Positions 1 through 13,000 of a stretch of DNA of 64,000 bases are shown here, piece after piece; the first letter of the stretch is position 1, and each line of letters begins with the position of its first letter. The translations under genes and the position numbers were made by a program. This stretch comes from Takakia lepidozioides (taxonomy: Eukaryota; Plantae; Bryophyta), in assembly GCA_030704615.1 (NCBI GenBank), contig CM060734.1:2356001-2420000 (forward strand). Reading direction: 5' to 3'. The notes under the pieces are model-generated. The model did no database searches. It was not told the DNA's origin and saw only the letters and a list, made by a program, of their open reading frames with translations.

Positions 1-512
1 CTCCAAGACACCACATTTCGTTCAGCCATTAGGTCAAACACTCCTTTTGCATCCTCAATGCACCCACATTTAGCATACATGTCCACCAGGGTAGATTTTC
101 AGAATGACATCTGGTAAAATTCCAGCTTTGATAATGTCCCCATGGACTTCCTTGCCCTTATCCAGCGCTGCCAGACTCGCACACACCTTGCCAAACAAAA
201 ACCTGGGGTGATCTGGTCGGGTTTCACCTCTTCCCTCATCATTTGCTCATAGGTCTCCAAAGCCTCCATCCCGCGCCCCTGTTGTGCATAAGCTGTGATC
301 ATCGCAGTCCAAGACACCATATCTCGTTCGGCCATATTGTCCAACACTCCTTTTTGCATCCTCGATGCTCCCCACATTTTGCATACATGTTCATCAGAGC
401 AGTGTCCAGAACAACATCTGGTATGATTCCAAGCTTCGACAATGTCAACATGGACCTCTTTGCCTTTTTGCAGCAAGGTTTGCCAGGATCACACACGCAT
501 TGCAAACACACA
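1..512 (-). pseudogene. PLS-class PPR gene fragment (runs off the window edge), frameshifted
   Basis: PPR motifs DMVSWTAMITAYAQQGRGMEALETYEQM and PDVVLDTALMNMYAKCG are spread over different frames. Confidence 0.85.
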
Positions 513-996
513 GTACATGAAGGAAGGAAGAAGAAGGAGATGGAGGTCGCGTTCGCCTAGCAGGGTGACTTGGAAATCTTGCTAAGTCCTCGGCCCCCTC
601 ACTGCGACTTACGGAGCTCACAACCCGAGCTCCCTATCAATTGTCCCGTTCGCAATTCGACGCATGTCATTGTAATTTCAAAATAGTGCCATATTGGTTA
701 CAATTTGATAAAAATGTCCCCGGGGGGTCCAACCAGCAGTCGTCAACACGACTGCAAATTTCATTAATATAAAAAATATGTTTTTTTTCAATTTTTGGAA
801 ATCAGCCTATAAATCGGCGTGAAACCCCGAGTTCACTTCTGCCACTTGTATACTCCATCTTTTATGCCAGCGTGGCATAAAAACGACTACGACGACTGGC
901 AAGTCGTCATTCACAACCTGGAGTCCCACGAGCAGTCGTTTCGGACAGAATCGCAACCGCGAGTCGGGTGCGAAAAAACACCTATTCCTTGTAGTG
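513..996. mobile_element. Orphan CACTA terminus (reverse complement CACTACAAGGAATAGG, ending at 996) inserted in a PPR E+ domain
   Basis: GTAGTG at 991-996 interrupts the PPR at ...SGKMK; (G)TCG/CGAC-rich subterminal motifs lie inside; no partner terminus seen. Confidence 0.65.
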
Positions 997-1579
997 TTTC
1001 ATCTTCCCAGACAATCTTCTCAACTCAGCATGGATTTCCGTAATTCTGGGATGCAACTTGTCATCTACAACGAAGGTGTGCACCTTGTTGCCAACCTCAA
1101 TGCAGCAGCGACCTGGCTCGTTTCCAACCCCTTTGACCTTCATCATTCTTCTCACTTTTGCAGTATCATCCCACCTGCCAGCTACAGCATAGATGTTTGA
1201 GAGCAACACATAAGTCCCAGCATCCTGTTCAGCCCACATGAGGATAGATGTTGTTGCACGTTCAGCCATCTCCACATTGCCATGGATTCTGCAAGCACCA
1301 AGCAAGGCCTTCCACACCACAACACCTGGATTTATGGGCATTTTATTAATCAGGTCCACTGCCTCATCCGGTTGTCCCGCACGTCCAAGAAGGTCCACCA
1401 TGCAGCCAAAGTGCTTTACTGTCGGAGTGACACCATGATCTTGACTCAGGGAATCAAAGTAGCGTCTTCCTTCATTCAGTAGGCCAGCGTGGCTGCATGT
1501 AGAGAGAACACTTATAAAGGTGATGTTGCATGGCTTCAAGCTGTTCTTTTGCATTCCTTCAAATAGTTGCACGACCTCC
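997..1579 (-). pseudogene. PPR S2/E/E+ region, 3' part of the gene split by the CACTA at 1580
   Basis: TFISVLSTCSHAGLLNEG, HFGCMVDLLGRAG, WKALLGACRIHGN, YVLLSNIYA, EPGRCCIEV. Confidence 0.9.
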
Positions 1580-2099
1580 CACTACTGCAAAAAGGGGGGG
1601 GTTTACGACGCCCACGGCCCGGCGCACGCGGCACCGTGCGACCCCACTTATTAGCGACGCCAAGAGGGTCGCTATTCAGGGGTCGGTATTATACCGACCC
1701 CTGAGGGGGCGCTATACTGAAATCCCAGCAAAATGAGGATCCCAAAATGACTAAGTCATTGGGACAGACCCCCCTGGCGTCGCTAATACCGCGGGGTTGA
1801 TTTCCCGTCGGTTTCTTCCTGCGACGCCCCTGCCGACGGTCCCCATCCGACGCCTCTGGGGTCGGATTAGGGTTTTTTCCCCCCAAACGACCTACGGGCC
1901 AACCAAATATATTTTTAACACTGTCTACCGTCGTCCTGGGCGTCGCTTTAAACGGGGAATTTGATTATTAAAGTTCTGATTTTGATTTTTAATTATTTAA
2001 TTGCAATTTAAAGTCTGATTTTGAGCAGGAAACCCGCCCTGAATGGACGGTATCCTACCGACTTCTCTACAGTCGCATTAACAAATAACTAAACAGCTG

Positions 2100-4900
2100 A
2101 CTACGACCCCTAAGCAGTCGCTACGCGCACCCCAATATATATTTGGGAGCTCGAACCGACACCCAGGGAGTCGCTGGTAGCACCCCACACAAACATGAAA
2201 AAAAAAAAAACAGAAAAAAAAACACACACACAACAACAGTCTCCCTAGGGGGCGCTGTTAAACAGCGTTGGGTAATTAGCGTAGGAACATGTACCGACCC
2301 CCAGGGAGGCACTGATAGCACCCCAAAAATATTTTGTAAAAATACTCACAGCGACCCCCCATGGGTCGCTGTTAAGCAGCGTCGGATTATTGTTAGGAAG
2401 TTGAAGCGACCCCCAGTAAGGCGCTGATAGCACCCCCAAAAATATGGACAAAAATGTCTAACAACGACGGCCTAGGGGTCGCTGTCAACAGCGTCGGGTT
2501 ATTGTTTAGGGACTTCAAGTGACCTCAGGGAAGGCGCTGATAATAGTAGCGACCCCCGGGGAGTCACTAATAGAACAATTTTTTATTAAATCGAATTTTA
2601 ATGAATTTTAAATAAGTATTATGATTTAAAATATCTAGGATTGCGGATTTGAGGGGAGTAATGATTTTATTTTTGGCTCTATTTTGTTCTTTGAATTCAG
2701 ACTTTGGACTACTACATCCATGCAAAAGATTGGACCAAAACAAAATAATAAAATAAAATAAAATAAAACAATAAAAAACAATAAAAAAACAATAAAAAAA
2801 ATCCTTGGGTCACTATTGCAGAACTCTCTATGAAGAGTGCATGAGGTTGAAGAGAACTTAATCTTGGAGTGCAAATGAGGGAAGAAAATATGGTTTTGGG
2901 TCTAGATGATTTTTTTTTGCTGCGCTGTCATTAAGCATATGGCTGGAGAATGGAACTTAAAAAAAATTATGTGCAGGCGAAACACAATTTTCCGTCTGTA
3001 CGACACGTAGTTGTGTTCATCACTTGAATGAGTATGCTTGCTTGCTTCCTACCAACCCTGAATGCAATGACGGGTACCTTAATTGATCTGAATGGAAACC
3101 CCTACCTTGAGCTTTATGCCTGATTTGTGGAGGGCTATCCCCCCCCCCCAAACAATCCCTGAAAATAGCAATAGCACCTTCATGCCATCTGCGTTGGATT
3201 GCCATAGCACTGAGAAGTGAAATGCAATTGTGTATACAGAGAAGCTGTTCCCCAACGCTGCAAACCGTGCACTAGAATTGAAGTTTGCCTGCGTGTGATC
3301 CCTATCAAATCCCAAACATGTCTGATCATAGTGACAGATTAAAATGATACAATATTGGTTCAATGGACGACTTCTGATGGACAATAGGTGTCGGCTCTTG
3401 CTACCACAAATATAGGAATAAACTGCTTTATACACATACAGTGGGTATCTGAAAATTTGGATGGCCTAACATGTACCTCAATCTCGTTCTTTGAAATGGG
3501 TGTAGGAATCTTGGGAGTTGTTCACACCAAATTCCACCTTCTGCACCACTTCATGACCCAGAAGTGAGGGCACGCACATTGTAGACGTTGTCATTAAGCA
3601 TATGGCTTGAGAATGGAATTAAAAAAAAATCATGTGCAGTCGATTGGATCCGACACCCTACACGTCGTTGCCAAACACCGTCGGGTTATCTTGAAACCCA
3701 AATAAAACTGGCAGCGACCGCCCGGGCGTCGATGGCACTACCCCAAGAAACATGGCGAAAGAAAAAACACCTATGATCCCCTCGTGGTCGCTGTTAAACA
3801 CCCCCAGTAAAATATTTGGGAACTACAACCGATGCCCAGGGAGTCGCTGGTAGCACCCCACACAAATATGGAAAAAAAAAACAAAAAAAAAACAAAACAA
3901 CAACAACCAAAGGGACGTTGTTAAATAGCGTTGGGTTAGCGTAGGGACATGTACCGACCCCCAGGGAGGCGCCAATAGCACCCCAAAAATATTTTACAAA
4001 AAAACTCACACCGACCCCCCATGGGTCGCTGTTAATCAGCGTCGGGTTATTGTTTAGGGACTTGAAGCGACCCCCAGGAAGGCGCTGATAGCACCCCAAA
4101 AAATACTTGCAAGAAAATCTGACAACGACCCCTAGGGGGTCGCAGGTAACCGGCGTCGGGTTATTTAATTATATGGACTTGTAGCAAACCCCCTGAAGGC
4201 GCTGATCGCACCCCAAAAATATTTTGCAAAAATACTCACAGCGACCCCCCATGGGTCGTTGTTAAGTAGCGTCGGGTTATTATTAGGAAGTTGAAGCGAC
4301 TCCCATGAAGGCGCTGATAGCACCCCCCAAAATATGGACAAAAAACTCTGACAGCGACGGCCTAGGGGTGGCTGTTAACAGCGTCGGGTTATTGTTTAGG
4401 GACTTGAAGCGACCTCAGGGAAGGCGCTGATAGTAGTAGCGACCCCCAGGGAGTCACTAATAGAACGATTAAATAAAATTTTAATGAATTTTAAATAAGT
4501 ATTATGATTTAGAATATCTAGGATTGCGGATTTGAGGGGCATAATGATTTTATTTTTGGCTCTATTTTGTTCTTTGAATTCATACTTTGGACTACTACAT
4601 CCATGCAAAAGATTGGACCAAAACAAAAATGGAAAAAAAAAGTTTTCTTGGGTCACTATTGTAGAACTCTCTATAAAGAGTGCATGAGGTTGAAAAGAAC
4701 TTAATTTTGGAGTGCAAATGAGGGAAGAAAATATGGTTTTGGGTCCAGATGATTTTTTTTTGCTGTGAAATTTTGCACGCACATTGCACACGCTGTCATT
4801 AAGCATATGGCTAGAGAATGGAACAAAAAAAAAAATCATGTGCAGGCGAAACACAGTTTTCCGTCTGTACGACACGTAGTTACGTTCATCACTTGAATGA
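2100..4900. repeat. Direct duplication of a roughly 0.9-1.1 kb subterminal block (about 2100-3029 and about 3760-4900)
   Basis: Both copies share near-identical sequence, e.g. ACATGTACCGACCCCCAGGGAGGC, GGATTGCGGATTTGAGGGG and CCGTCTGTACGACACGTAGTT. Confidence 0.9.
3079..3566 (-). pseudogene. DRM-type (domains-rearranged) cytosine DNA methyltransferase fragment inside the CACTA, two exons
   Basis: Exon 3566-3477 HFWVMKWCRRWNLV*TTPKIPTPISKNEIE; GT-AG intron 3476-3322; exon 3321-3079 TCLGFDRDHTQANFNSSARFAALGNSFSVYTIAFHFSVL...GMKVLLLFSGIVWGGGIALHKSGIKLKVGVSIQIN. Matches the DRM pattern WNLVW...GF..xHT...LGNSF(Q)VxT(V)A(Y)H.SVL...VLSLFxGIGGxxVALH. Confidence 0.85.
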
Positions 4901-4999
4901 CCCATTGAATGAACTTGGTTCAAGCTCATCTTTGGTCCACATGTGCTTAAGTATTGTCAAATCACCAATGTAAAGTCGCAAAAGATGAGCATCAAGAAG

Positions 5000-5250
5000 A
5001 AATATTCACATCAATCGGTTAATCAAATGTATCCAAAGTGCATCATGAGAATATCTACAATGCCCTTCTACGCGATCCCAGTCTCAAAGCAACCCTAGTT
5101 CTGTCACACACATCCCTACTCATGTTGTATCTGGAGGTCCCAAGCATCTTGCGAGAACTCGTAGGATGCAAATAGCTCGGTGCCAGCCCTAATAGTCGTA
5201 CTAGCACATGTCATCACAAACATGTGCATCCCCTCACAGTATGGGGATAA
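5000..5250 (-). pseudogene. C-terminal SET-domain fragment (type B) plus 3' flank, downstream of the transposase
   Basis: YCEGMHMFVMTCASTTIRAGTELFASYEF; DNA closely matches 26358-26600. Confidence 0.75.
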
Positions 5251-5460
5251 ATGGAGGCCGGTGAAATTGGAGTGCAAGTACTTCAAAACCATATTGACTA
5301 ACCAAAAAGACATCTATCACTATGATATACAACAATTTGCAACTGTTCTTGTCATATTGGCAAATTGTTGTACATCATGGTGGGAGACGTCCTCTTGGTT
5401 GGTCAATTTGGTTCAAAAGTAGTTGCCCTGTTCGCCTTGTAACAATGTGCCGCGTGGGTA

Positions 5461-8400
5461 CTACATCATGTCATCGGGAGGGACATCATCTTCCTCATCA
5501 AGCTCCAACTCCTGTCTATTGTCCTCATCGAAGTCACTATATTGACCCCTCTCAAGAGAGTCATGATCAAAAGCCGAATCATCATCCATATATTCATATG
5601 GCTCTTGCACGACCGGAGGGTCAATAGGAAGCGGCACAATAGGATCTTCCTCTTTTTGTACATCCTCATTGTCATTGTCATCGTCATCCTCGTCTTCCTC
5701 CTCCTCCTCCTCCTCCTCCTCCCGCGCAATATTTGCATCATGATCTCCTCCAACATTGTTCAAGGCAGTGTCTTCAATTGCCTCTATCCACGAAGCATCA
5801 TCTCCCGCATCCGCCTCGGCCATCTTGTCCACCTTGGTCGCTTCAACCACTTCGGCCTCATCACCACCCCAACGGTTTGATCCCTTGCCATGGTAAATGC
5901 GTCTCTCTCTTGGCCTAGCTTGCACAACCACCTTCCAATTGCCCGATCTAGTCTTGTCTTCGGAAAAAAAAAACTTGTTCTATGTCCTTCGGCCATGCAA
6001 ATGGTTCATTGGAGATGCGTGTAGAGGGCGTGATCCTGGAAGTGTTGACCCGCATGAAGCCACACTCGTCAGGCAAGAGGGTTGCATTTGGGCCTACAAT
6101 GTGGGGTTGGAACCACCTCCCCTTGAAAAGAATAGGGCGATGGTGATCATACTCGAGTTGCAAAATGGCATCAAGCTCCCCAATATATTCAAGCTTGCTT
6201 CTCTCGGGTCGAATGTCCCTTGTGCTTGACACGGAGTCTTGCCAATATGTTGCACACAAACCGGAGTCAAATGTGGTCTTCCGACGCATGTCAAGAGAAC
6301 GGATGCGGAAATGACAACCATGAATCCAAATTGAGGAGAATGAAATGGCATATTGAGATGGCCCACTCGCAAGCTCTTGCACTAAAGGCGGCACCACCTC
6401 GCCCGCGGCCATCGCAGCCTTAACTCCACTCCGGAGCCAATGGCAAAATGGTCTCAATGGTTGCATCTCCGTGGGCAAATCACGCGCCCCCGATGGGGCC
6501 GGGCTCCTGGATCCGCGCCGTCCTCGTGAGGCTCGCAATTCCCTCGTACGTGTGCGTCTCCAAATTGTACTTGCTTCCAACCGCCGTGCATTCTCATCCG
6601 CATGTCTTGCCTCCCACTCCACTATGCAAGGGGTGTTCTTCAATACAAAGTCATGAGCTTGCTCCACCTCGGTGTTCGATAGTTTCACCCTCCTTGATTT
6701 TTTGGGCAAAACCATGTCCTTGTTCCGCACATCATCATCTTCCTTCCACATTGGAGGGGCCTCTTTGTCCACCCTTCTCATGTACTCCGTACATAACACC
6801 ATAGCCTCTTGCAATGTGTACCCCTCCGCCATGCTACCCTTGGGATGTGCCTTTTGCCGCACGTGTGCCTTGACCTCCTTCATGTAATGCTCTAGAAAGT
6901 ACATCCACCGAGCATGGACCAGTCTGGCAATCTCCGCCTCTTCCACCAAGTGCACTACCAAATGCACTTGGATGTCAAAGAAATTAGGGGAAGATGCATC
7001 TCCAACATACACAAGACTGTGGCCGCCTCCTCCTTCATTCGTGGAAAATCCGCCTCGCCCATCTCTTTTGTGCAAAGCCAACGAAATAAATCAGCAAGTC
7101 GATAGACGGCTTTTCGAATGCCCTCATGGAGTGTCCCTCGTATTGCAATGGGAAGGATGTCTTGCAAAATGTTGTGGTAGTCATGAGACTTCAAACCATG
7201 AATAGTGGTGGCATCCTCAAATTTGTTGCGTAGAGATGCGCCATACCCGGTCGGGGTCCGGATAGCTTGTATTGTGGTCCGCACTTGCTTGTATTCCTCC
7301 TTTGTCCTAGTCCAAGTTGGCATCCTATACTTCCACTTGGGAGCATTGTTCACGTCCACACCATCAGCTTCAGGCCATAGTTGTGGCATACGGTTTTGGG
7401 CTTGGAGTTCTCGCCTCACACCAAGGGAATCACCGCCGCGTTTCTTCTTCCCCCCGGTTAAGTTTGCCATTACACGAATAAGTGATGAGCACACATTCTT
7501 CTCAATATGCATGGGATCAAGGAGGTGCCGGATTTTCAGATCCTGCGTATCATGAAATTTCCATATAATTTGTCATAAACCCTGAACTCGGTGCAATTTC
7601 ATATGAATATGTCATGACATTCAATGAAATATGTATGGTCCAATGCATTTTGGACTTGTACCTCCCAATAAGGCAACTCGTAGAAGATTGAGAGCCGGGA
7701 CATGCCACACCTCTTGAGCCGACGTTTTTTATCCAGCACCTCTTGCCACCGGGCTTTCCAAAATGACCCAGGGGGACGCACGGGTGGAGGTCTCCTCTCC
7801 ACGGTCCCATCAAATAATTTTTTGCCTCTCGTTCTCCATGGATGGTTGAGAGGAAGAAATTTCCGGTAGTTGGGATAGATCATTTTCACGACGTTCTTCG
7901 AATGCTTTGCATCAAGGTTATCCGGCCCACAACATGAACATGCTGCGTACCCCTTTGTGCTTAGTCCCGAACAAACTGAAAGCCTTGCACAAAACCATGA
8001 ATTTAGTTGGGATTTAACATTCGTCGCCTCGTATAATTTCAATGAACCGAGCAAAAACATGAATTGCTAAAGAAAAATCATGACGAGCACATACAAAACA
8101 TGATATACGATAGAATATATATGTTATAGGTAATATCAAATTAAAATGTACATGGATAGTCATGCATTGTCCATAGCAAAAGCCCTCGCAAGAGAAAAGA
8201 ACGTTGGCCAGTGGGTGCCGATGCGTCATAAGCTGGAACTCCATTCCATAATATATTGAGTTCGTCAACCAATGGACGCAGATACACATCCATATTCGCA
8301 ACTTGTTTTTTCCCCACAACACAAATTATTTGCAATATATATAAGATCGTTTCAAATTCAAACAGAACAAATGATATTCTTAGTTCCATATATACTCGAC

Positions 8401-9703
8401 ATTGTACTACCACGTACATCCTAAAGCAACAAAAAAGAGTTGTGTTATTCACTTGGCACAATGGCAGCCAACATGATATGACCCTTCTTGATAGCAAGAT
8501 AAGGAGGGATGTTGTAGTTAACCAGAGTCACAGGCCATGTTGAATGGCTACTTGACTGGACTGAATGTGGGTTTACACCATCCGCGGAGAAGCCGAGCCG
8601 AACATGTCTTGGATCGTCCTTCAAAAAAGGCCATTGTTCCTCGGTGTGTTTCCATGCCGGCGAATCGTGAGGGCCGCACATCTTTCCGGGAGGGCTCCAA
8701 TGCTCCGCATGCCACTTCATGAGTTGGGCAAATGATGGACTCCGAAATTGTGCTTTAAAGCGCGGGATGACTGGAAAATAATGCATTTTCTAACCTCCCC
8801 CACAAACACAACAAATATATCAATATTTACTTTCTGTCATTTGGATCCACATATTGTACGTAAGAGAGGGGTATATATTTGCAAAGGTTTGTATGTAGAT
8901 ATTTTGTAAAGTCTACATTAGTTGAAGGATTCATATAACCTATATGCATACCCTAATAATATCGGAATGATACAACCTCTTAAACCCTACACCCTAAAAT
9001 GATATATTAGTTGGTGGACACATGTATATATGTATATAAATATAAATGGCAGGAAAGAGAATATAAGAGAAATGTACCTTTCGTGGGATCTTCTTTCCTT
9101 GAACATCATCTCGGTATCTAGATTTTTTGCACTTGGGACACGTGGTAGCACGCGCATGCTCTCCATAGTACAAGGTGCGATCACAAGGACATGCATGGAT
9201 AATTTTGTAGCCCATTCCACTGTGTCTAGAACCTGTCTTGCCTCTTTTCGAGAACGTGGCATTTTATGCTCCAAATGGGGGGCGAGGATGTGGTCCGCAA
9301 TTGTGCGCATGATTGCGGACATGCCAATGTTGCTTATGTTGAACCGAGATTGCAAATTAAGCAACAACGGTATATTAGTGGAAAGTCGACTCACTTTTGC
9401 TCCTTTATACAAGGGTGTTTTTGCCTCGGCTTCCATTGGATTTGGGTCGACATCTTCATCCAATGTGGCCGGGCGAGCCATATCCTCCCCAATTTGTTGT
9501 CCCTCCCCCAAGTGGTTCATTAACAAATCCTCCATGGCTCTCACATCGTCGTCCATATTGTGTTCATTTTCCACCTCGTCACCGTCTTGGGCAATATGGT
9601 CGTCTGGGCCTTGTTCTCCGCGGCCAATACCAGTGTTGTTGTCCACCTCGGCCTACGTGCCCCTTGGAGTGTTCGCTGACCTCATTTGCTCTTGTACTTG
9701 GAT
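5461..9703 (-). pseudogene. CACTA TnpD/Tnp2-type transposase (Transposase_21, DUF4218 and DUF4216-like regions, acidic tail), multi-exon, with frameshifts and stops
   Basis: IHACPCD...CPKC; HYFPVIPRF...DSPAWKH...VRLGFSADGVNP...WPVTLVNYNIPP; DPMHIEKNV; GLKSHDYH; VHLVVHL...WMYFLEHYMK...GSMAEGY; NEPFAWPKDIEQVFF. Exons approximately 9703-9078, 8793-8453, 8318-8148, 7978-7662, 7548-5461. Confidence 0.93.
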
Positions 9704-9879
9704 CTATAAATACATTCACAATTCATTTAATATACAATGGTTGGGAATTGCTCCATTTGCATCCAAAAAATATATGTACATTGGCACATTCAGCCTAAAA
9801 CCTAAACCCTAATCACCAATCCCTACCGGTGCCAGAATAGGGGCCACGATATGTGTACATGACTAATCACCATCCCCTA

Positions 9880-10880
9880 CTACAAGTTTCCTTGGCGGCC
9901 GCGGAAGTGACGTTTGTAACGTTTGTCAAACTCGCTCCACTCCCGATGGACTCTCTCATCCCAAGCCTTATCAGAGAACTCATAAGAGGCGAACAACTTT
10001 GAACCGGCGGGAATCGTAGTACATGCACATGTCATAACAAAATTTGATATCGATTGTGCTAGCCTAACATCCCCGTCATGTCACTCATCCCACAATACAT
10101 TGGTCATTTTAGGGTTACCAATTGAACTATTGATGAACCCTGCAACATTCCCGAACACATCGGGATCTCCGTCACATATGACCCTTGTTCCAGGGTCCAA
10201 CACCCGATTGAAGACATCGAGGTCATTGACACAAAGACCATAAGGTCTCACCCAAGGGGCTACCCATCGCATTTGCGTCCAGTGGAACCACATGTAGTAT
10301 GGGCCAAAGTAGGGAAATAAGTCCACTGTCTGCCCTCTCCCTGGAGGAACCACAATATCCTCCATTGCAAATAGCCCATGACCCATGGAAGGGTTGGTGG
10401 CGGCTTTGACACAATATCGCTAACCCCAAAACTGAAATGGTTGGCTTTGAGGAATGGGGACCGGAGGCACTAGTGCACGCCAGAGGCTAGGCCTGAATGG
10501 TGTCTGCAACATCGTCCTATACACCTTGTCAGTAACCCTAGGATCATCGGGCCGTCGTACCTCAAGTACCGGTGGTGGCCTATACTTCCTAGGGGTCCGG
10601 GTGGGACGCCGTGAGACACCTATGGGGGCCTGGGATTGGGAAGGGGCAGCTGTCCGAATATGTTGGCGTGATTGGTGATGTGAACTAGGAGGTGGAGTGA
10701 TATGTGACTGATTGGGTGAGCAGCTAGAGGTGATTGTGCACGGGGTGGACTCGAAAGGAGATGTGACTCGTGGGCTGCTGTACTAGTGCAAACTGGATGT
10801 GATAGAGGTGATCCATGGACCGGTGCAGTACTAGTGCAAAGTGGAGGTGGTAGAGGTGACTCATAGATCGGTGGAGTGCA
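9880..10880 (-). pseudogene. Pro-rich linker plus SET-domain exon (type A) of the CACTA
   Basis: One frame with stops: RYCVKAATNPSMGHGLFAMEDIVV...PYFGP...GNVAGFINSS...NVLWDE*...VMTCACTTIPAGSKLFASYEF, i.e. SET motifs GxGLFA, (RF)INHS-like and ELxxxY-like. Confidence 0.75.
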
Positions 10881-11980
10881 GCCCACATGGGTTTATTTAT
10901 TTATTTATTTAGGGTGATGCATGCACCCTCTCTCTCTCCCTCACCACCTCTGTGCAGCAATTCGCAGCAACGGGGGGGGGGGGCAATTCGCAGCCACCCC
11001 AGCCCACATGGGCTGCGAATTGCTGCACAGAGGTGGTGAGAGAGAGAGAGGGTGCCTGCATCACCCTAAATAAATAAGCCACCCCAGCCCACATAGCATT
11101 TTTGTTTTCCGATTTTGGGTAATGCAGGTACCCTCTCTCTCTCCCTCACCATCTCTGCGCGGCCAGCCCCCTGTTGCTACGAATTGCTACACAGAGGTGG
11201 TGAGGGAGAGAGAGAGGGTGCCTGCATTACCCAAAATAAATAAATAAATGCCCATGTGGGCTGCGGTGCTTGCACGCACCAGCGCGGCCAGCCCCCCGTT
11301 GCTGGTCAAGGAGAGAGAGAGAGGGTGTCTGCATCAGCCAAAAAAAAAAAAAAAAAAACCCATGTGGGCTGGGGTGCCTGCGCGCACCAGCGCGGCCAGC
11401 CCCCCGTTGCTGTGAATTGCTTGACAGACAAGAGGGTGATAGAGAGAGGGTGCCTACCATCACCTAAATTTGAAAAAAAAAAAAAAAAACCCAAAGTGGG
11501 TTGGGGTGCCTGCGCGCACCAGCGCGGCCAGCCCCCCGTTGCTGTGAATTGCTTGACAGACAAGAGGGTGATAGAGAGAGGGTGCCTGCCATCACCTAAA
11601 TTTGAAAAAAAAAAAAAAAACCCAAAGTGGGCTGGGGTGCCTGCGCGCACCAATGCGGCCAGCCCCCCCTTGCTGCGAATTGCTTGACAGAGAGCATGCG
11701 TGATAGAAAGGGTGCTTGCCATCACCCAAATTTGAAAAACAAAAAGACCGAGTGGGCTGGTATGGCTGTTTGCACCAATGTGGCCAGCCCCCCGTTGTTG
11801 CGAATTGCTTGGCAGAGAGCATGCGTGATAGAGAGGGTGCCTGCCATCACCCAAATTTAAAAAAAAGTAAAGCCCAAGTGGGCTAGTGTGGCTGCGCGCA
11901 CCAATGCAGCCAGCTCCCCGTTGCTGCGAATTGCTTGACAGAGAGGTAGTGTGAGAGAATGAGAGGGTGCCATTACCCAA
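10881..11980. repeat. Roughly 120-bp tandem repeat array in mixed orientation
   Basis: Unit GGGTGCCTGCGCGCACCAGCGCGGCCAGCCCCCCGTTGCTGCGAATTGCTTGACAG...GAGAGAGGGTGCCTGC...poly(A); the reverse complement array is at 14057-14530. Confidence 0.9.
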
Positions 11981-12574
11981 ATTCGAAAACCTAACCAAGC
12001 TCGGGTGGGGTGGATGTAGGGTGCTTGCCGGGGAAGGACAGCCGGGGGTGAGCGAGCCAAGCTCGGGTGACCTACCCTGCAGCACATACACACACGAGCG
12101 AGTTAAACAGACCAACAGAGGTGGGGGAGCTGGAATCGGCGAGCTCGCCTTGTGAGGAAAAGGAAGACAGAGGGGAGGGTTTGAAGGTGCAAGGAAAGCA
12201 AGGTAAACGAAAGAGAAGGGATCCCTAGCTCACCTCCGGAAGACGCACAGCCGAGGGCGAGCAGCTCAACGTCGGAGCTTGGGAAATTCACAGCCGCAGC
12301 AAAAAGCAAGTGGCGCACGAAGCGCGCCTTCCTCCGAGCTCCCCCACGACAAGGTGACCTCCGCATCTCTCACCCTCTTGCTCAAATTCTACCTTGCAAG
12401 CTGAGTGAAGATGAGAGGGAGAGGGAGCTGGGCCGTGAGAGAGAGAAGGAGGTCGCTTGACGATTTTGAATTTTTTTTAATTAACGACGGTAATCAAACA
12501 AATCGAAATTAATAAAAGGTTAATCCCGTCGCTGTGTAGCTGCGACCCCCTGGGTGTCATTTTTAGTGCAGCTG

Positions 12575-13000
12575 CATGCACCCATTTCCCGTCGCTTTCT
12601 ATTAGCGACCCCCTGGAGGTCGCTTCTGGGGACTTAGAAGTTTTAGAGCCGGATATTGCTAGCTGGTAGTGCGGGCACCCATTTCCCGTCGCTTTCTAGA
12701 AGCGACCCCTGGAGGTCGCTTCTGGGGACTTGGTAGTTTTAGAGCCCGGATCGGGCCTAGTGTGGGCACCCATTTCCCGTCCTTGTCTATATGCGACCCC
12801 CTAGAGGTCGCTTCTGGGGCCTTAGTAGTTTTAGAGCCGGATGCTAGCTAGTGTGGGCACCCATTTCCAATCCCTTTCTATATGCGACCCCCTGGAGGTC
12901 GCTTTCTGGGACTTGGTGGTTTTAGTACTGCCGGATGTTGTGGGCACCCATTTCCCATCGTACCTGCGACCCCAGGTGGTCGCTTCCTGGGGGTTGGAGC
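12575..13000. repeat. Roughly 92-bp tandem repeats (about 5) carrying the GCGACCCC..GGAGGTCGC quasi-palindrome
   Basis: CCCATTTCC recurs at about 12580, 12678, 12768, 12860 and 12947. Confidence 0.85.

Noticed and set aside
9030-9812. 260-aa + strand ORF and similar antisense ORFs over PPR repeats (18735-19776)
   Set aside because: Shadow ORFs of minus-strand coding sequence
11306-12115. 269-aa ORF
   Set aside because: Translation of the 120-bp tandem repeat with poly-T tracts; no protein-like signal
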